Assembly (NCBI GenBank): GCA_044223005.1
Contig: JBGAML010000002.1
Location: 1 to 64,000, forward strand
From: Candidatus Eiseniibacteriota bacterium
GTDB taxonomy: Bacteria > Eisenbacteria > RBG-16-71-46
Length of the DNA: 64,000 nucleotides
Direction of reading: 5' to 3'
Below the pieces are notes generated by a model that was not told the DNA's origin, searched no databases, and saw only the letters and a program-made list of their open reading frames with translations. Of this stretch, positions 56,244 to 64,000 are shown piece after piece. The position numbers and the translations under genes are program-made. How positions within the stretch are numbered: the first letter of the stretch is position 1; every line of letters starts with the position of its first letter.

Positions 56244-57515
56244 TCAGCAGCCGCTCTCCGAGCCGCCGCCCGTGCTGGGCGTCGACGGACTCGCCTTGCC
56301 GGTCGTGAAATAGAGCAGGTCTTCGACGTTGATCTGGTTCGCGCGCTTGTCCGTGACGCTCGTGAAGATCGTGTTCGAGATCGGGTCGAGCGTCAGCGTG
56401 CCCGCCGTGATCGTCCCGAACGTGCGCGGCAGCGTCGTGCCAGGTGTGTTGGTGTCGACGCGCCACGCCGTGCCCACGTTGTTCGCGGTGCGGTAACCGA
56501 GCCACTGGCCGGACGAGCCGTCGTAGAGGCGCACGGGCCAGCCGAGCATGCCGTCGAGCACGAAGAACACGCTCGACGCGCGATGTCCGGAGGCGCAGTA
56601 CACGTAGGTCTCCCGGGTGGTCGCGGTGACGCCGAACGTCGCAAGCCGCGCCTGCATGTCGGCCAGCGGCTTGAACGTCGCGTTCTGGCCGGTCACGTAG
56701 TACTGGTTGTAATCGTCCACCTTCGCGTTCGCGACGTACGGGCCGACCAGCGGGTCGACACCGCCGCGCACGTCGAGGATGCGCACGCCGGTGGCGCTCG
56801 TCGCGTCGAGCGTGCCCAGGTTGATGCGGTCGACGACGTCGATCATCTCGCCGATGGGCATGCGGAACTTCAGGCACGCGCCGGTCCCGTCATAGAGGTT
56901 GCGGACGCTGAACGTGGAGGCCTTCACGCTGGGAACGGCGGTGGTCAGCGTGTGACCCGCCGCGGTCCAGGCCGCTTCGCCGCCCTGCAGCACCTTCAGG
57001 CGCGCGCGCGGGAAGCCCCAGTAGCGGAACGTGAAGTACGCGCGCGACGGATTGAGGAAGTTCTGGCCCGTCGTGCCCGTGAGGACGATCGTCGTGTAGG
57101 CGTCGATGCCGAGCTTCTGGATGACGCCGTCCATCCACGCGCCGTCCGGCACCTCGCTGGTCAGCGGGGCCACGGCCTCCATGCGGCCGACGGTCAGGTC
57201 GCTGCTCGAGTTGTAGAGCACCGAACCCGGGATGTGCCCCGCCGCATACTGCGCGGGGGTCGCGACCGTCACGATGACGACCTTGTCACGGCAGCTCGGA
57301 AGCGCGTTGTTGACCTTGCCCTGGTCCATCCACGCCTGGAGCGTGGCCACGTCGATGAGCGCTGTGGGGGTCTGGGTCGTGGTGACCGAAGCGAACGGAT
57401 CGACGTAGCCGGTGGGGTTCTTGCCGCAGCTCGCGAGCGACAGGACGAATCCCATCGCGAGTGCCAGCAGCCCGACGCGCGCCGTCCATCCGAACGTCTG
57501 GGACGATCGCAGCAT
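56244..57515 (-). CDS. extH: Tandem-rhodanese lipoprotein, ExtH-like sulfurtransferase
   Basis: Lipobox LASC; GHIPGS, active-site loop YCASGHRAS, LYDGSSGQW; C-terminal GGGSESGC; GAGGAGG RBS. Confidence 0.82.
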   Translation of the reverse strand: MLRSSQTFGWTARVGLLALAMGFVLSLASCGKNPTGYVDPFASVTTTQTPTALIDVATLQAWMDQGKVNNALPSCRDKVVIVTVATPAQYAAGHIPGSVLYNSSSDLTVGRMEAVAPLTSEVPDGAWMDGVIQKLGIDAYTTIVLTGTTGQNFLNPSRAYFTFRYWGFPRARLKVLQGGEAAWTAAGHTLTTAVPSVKASTFSVRNLYDGTGACLKFRMPIGEMIDVVDRINLGTLDATSATGVRILDVRGGVDPLVGPYVANAKVDDYNQYYVTGQNATFKPLADMQARLATFGVTATTRETYVYCASGHRASSVFFVLDGMLGWPVRLYDGSSGQWLGYRTANNVGTAWRVDTNTPGTTLPRTFGTITAGTLTLDPISNTIFTSVTDKRANQINVEDLLYFTTGKASPSTPSTGGGSESGC

Positions 57516-57532
57516 GGCATCCTCCTCTTCAG

Positions 57533-57572
57533 GAAAGAGCCCCGCCGCCGGACGCATGGTCCGCGGCGGGGC
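57533..57572 (-). terminator. Intercistronic hairpin between extJ and extH (partial terminator or stabiliser)
   Basis: Minus strand GCCCCGCCGCGGAC-CATGC-GTCCGGCGGCGGGGC followed by TCTTTCC. Confidence 0.55.
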
Positions 57573-57596
57573 CCGTGGGGTTTCGTGAATCCGGAA

Positions 57597-57896
57597 CTAG
57601 CAGCCGGCCGCGGTCGCCTTCGCTTTGTCGAACGTCACGGTGTCGCCGACCTTCGCCGTGGCAGCCTTCGGCGAGGAGATCGTGACGCCGTCGGTACCGA
57701 CCTTGACGATCGTGCCTTTGACTCCGAGGAACTTGACGCTGACGCCCTTCTTGACCCAGTCGGCGAGCTTGCCGGTCACCGTCACGCGCACTTCCTGCTT
57801 GTCGATGCCCGCGACCTTGCCGGACAGCGGGGCCGCGAACGCGGTGGCGGTGACGAGAGCGAGCAGCGCAACGGTGAGGAAGACCTTCTTCAACAT
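57597..57896 (-). CDS. extJ: Small periplasmic beta-rich protein, ExtJ-like
   Basis: AGGAGG RBS; MLKKVFLTVALLALVTATAFA signal; GKV..ID...V.V......WVKKG..VK; ends AAGC. Confidence 0.75.
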   Translation of the reverse strand: MLKKVFLTVALLALVTATAFAAPLSGKVAGIDKQEVRVTVTGKLADWVKKGVSVKFLGVKGTIVKVGTDGVTISSPKAATAKVGDTVTFDKAKATAAGC

Positions 57897-58004
57897 CGTT
57901 CGACCTCCTGAGAACGAATGACGCACGGGCCCGCGCCAGGGCCCGCCGCCGATGCGACGTGTGACGCGAGGTCGCGATCTGCCGATGCGACGCCGGAGCA
58001 GGGC

Positions 58005-58020
58005 TGCAAGAAGCACACCA
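58005..58020 (-). promoter_or_regulatory. sigma54 (-24/-12) promoter of the ext-like operon
   Basis: Minus strand TGGTGTGCTTCTTGCA (GG-N10-GC with TTGCA), about 110 nt upstream of extJ. Confidence 0.72.
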
Positions 58021-58194
58021 CGCTTGCAACTCCGTTCACAAAGTCCTGTGGCCGCCTGACGGAGCGTCGTTCTCCGACGGGTTCGTGATTCGCGCAGTGG
58101 AAGTTGGTCGTCCGCGCGCGATCGGCGCGAGGAGCTGCCGGCGCCGGTGCGAGGTGGGGCGACGCGTCGCGTGGGCGGCGTGTGCACGCGTCAT

Positions 58195-58245
58195 TGAAAC
58201 GTCGCGTTGCAACGAAACGTCGCGATTGCGACGAATCGTTGCAAC
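58195..58245. promoter_or_regulatory. Candidate upstream activator sequence array
   Basis: TGAAACGTCGCGTTGCAACGAAACGTCGCGATTGCGACGAATCGTTGCAAC: overlapping imperfect palindromes shared with 49482-49520. Confidence 0.65.
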
Positions 58246-58258
58246 TGCGGCGGTTGTC

Positions 58259-59704
<1,446 letters not shown>

Positions 59705-59809
59705 GTTAAGCTCCGGCCACCGGTCGAAGCCAGCACGCGCGGGTCGCGGACTCCCGCCGGAGTGCGCCGAGATCGAGTACGCGTTCCCGCTTGGCGCGCC
59801 GGTTCACGT

Positions 59810-59998
59810 TCAGGCCTTCAGGCCGGCCTTCTTCAGGATCGCGATCATCGGACACCACTTGGTGAACGCGCTCTGGAAGAGGTTCAGCCCCACGAAGGCG
59901 GTGAAGGCGAACCACCACGGGTTCACCCACACGCCCAGCGCGACGCTGAGCATGACGAAGAAGCCGGCGATCAGGCGGAGCGCTTCGTCGATCCGCAT
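59810..59998 (-). CDS. DUF2892 / YgaP-like small membrane protein
   Basis: MRIDEALRLIAG...FVGLNLFQSAFTKWCPM...LKK.G; AAAGGAG RBS. Confidence 0.88.
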   Translation of the reverse strand: MRIDEALRLIAGFFVMLSVALGVWVNPWWFAFTAFVGLNLFQSAFTKWCPMIAILKKAGLKA

Positions 59999-60020
59999 GG
60001 GAAATCTCCTTTCGGGCCGG

Positions 60021-60304
60021 TCAGGCCTGGCGCTCGACCGGCATGAGGAACAGCTTCGAGACGTCGTCGCCATGCGCATCGCGCCGCTTTACGAGCTCGT
60101 CGAACAGCCTCACGGCCGGCGCGTCCTCGTCGACGACCATCACCAGTGCGAGCGCACCGGGGTGGACGCGGTCGCCCGCGTGGATGCCCGAGCGCCCGCC
60201 GCCCTCGGCGATCGGGATCACGGTGTAGCCGGGGGCCCCCAGCGCCGCGAGGTCCTTGCGCAGCGCGCCCACGCGCGCGGCGTCCGCCATCATCATCACG
60301 AGCT

Positions 60305-60308
<4 letters not shown>
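60021..60308 (-). CDS. PII-like (GlnB-fold) protein
   Basis: 95 aa, MKLV...GAPGYTV....GGGRSG...LFLMPVE; ATGA-coupled to the RND permease. Confidence 0.65.
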
Positions 60309-63498
<3,190 letters not shown>

Positions 63499-63502
<4 letters not shown>

Positions 63503-64000
63503 CGCGTCACCTTCACGGCGCGGCCGTCCTCGAGCCCGGCGGGCGAGAGTACGACGTCGTCGCCGGCGGAGAGCCCGGCGAGCACTTCGGTAACGCCGCC
63601 CTGTGCGCGGCCGATCCGCAGCCAGCGCAGGTGCGCGGCGCCGTCCTCGGCCACGAACACGCCCGAGAGCCCGCCGCGGCGCACGATCGCGCCGTTGGGC
63701 ACGGTGAGGGACGCAGCGTCGCTCGTGGCCGCGCCCGCCCGGGGCGCGAGCCGCACGCGCGCGAACGCGCCGGGGTCGAGCGCACCGCCGTCGGCCGCGC
63801 GGAAGCGAGCGACGCGGCTGCGCGTCGCGAAGTCCGTCATGCCGTCGACGCGCACGAGTGCCGCCGGGCGCCACGCGCCGTCGCCGACCTGGAACTCCGC
63901 GCCGCCCTTGCCGAGCCGCGCGAGCTCCGACTCCGGCACCGTCGCCGCGATTTCGCCGACCGCGTCCGAGCGGATGTCGAGCAGCGGCTGGCCCGGGCCC
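63499..64000 (-). CDS. RND periplasmic adaptor (membrane fusion protein), 5' end outside the window
   Basis: LDPGAFARV, VPNGAIVRRGGLSGVFV and EVLAGLSAGDDVV; ATGA overlap with the permease. Confidence 0.85.

Noticed and set aside
56176..56250. Possible selenocysteine read-through at the rhodanese end (GGC TGC TGA = G-C-U) with downstream hairpins (CCACGG...CCGTGG; GTGGCC-CGTC-GGCCAC)
   Set aside because: TGA is the usual stop in this window, the ExtJ-like gene ends in the same GC with TAG, and no sel genes are in view. A bSECIS search and homologue alignment would be needed.

Overview
Very GC-rich, gene-dense bacterial DNA. No rRNA, tRNA, CRISPR array or mobile element was recognised. Secreted proteins with FlgD/T9SS-type-A-like C-terminal domains and a C-terminal TWGALKSAYR motif suggest an FCB-related candidate lineage such as Ca. 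Eisenbacteria (inference only). From left to right: (1) a large secreted protein that runs off the window; (2) a TPAT-type TRAP transporter (TatT, DctP, fused DctQM) and a glutamine-synthetase-family gene; (3) a seven-gene, overlap-coupled orphan biosynthetic operon (HMG-CoA reductase-like, UbiA-like, RPH/PigC-type PEP-utilising enzyme, BtaA-like DUF3419, polyprenol-kinase-like, GNAT-like, OleC-like AMP ligase) whose product I cannot assign; (4) small accessory genes, including a TMEM175 channel; (5) a complete kdpFABC-DE locus with an extra upstream micropeptide and a candidate KdpE operator; (6) three secreted double beta-propeller proteins around a DUF2235 phospholipase-like gene; (7) a ~23 kb minus-strand chalcogen-respiration island: RND pump, PII-like, YgaP-like, sigma54 activator, a Geobacter ext/cbc6-like module (ExtJ, rhodanese, porin, 12-, 8- and 4-heme cytochromes, Rieske, cytochrome b) lacking extKL, then PhsABC/Psr-like molybdoenzyme, two YeeE/YedE, a TusE/DsrC-like protein without its C-terminal Cys, FadL-like channel, a small diheme cytochrome and a DUF302-like protein. 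Two sigma54 promoters and a shared candidate enhancer are visible in that island. All family calls are from motif recognition by eye; no searches were run.
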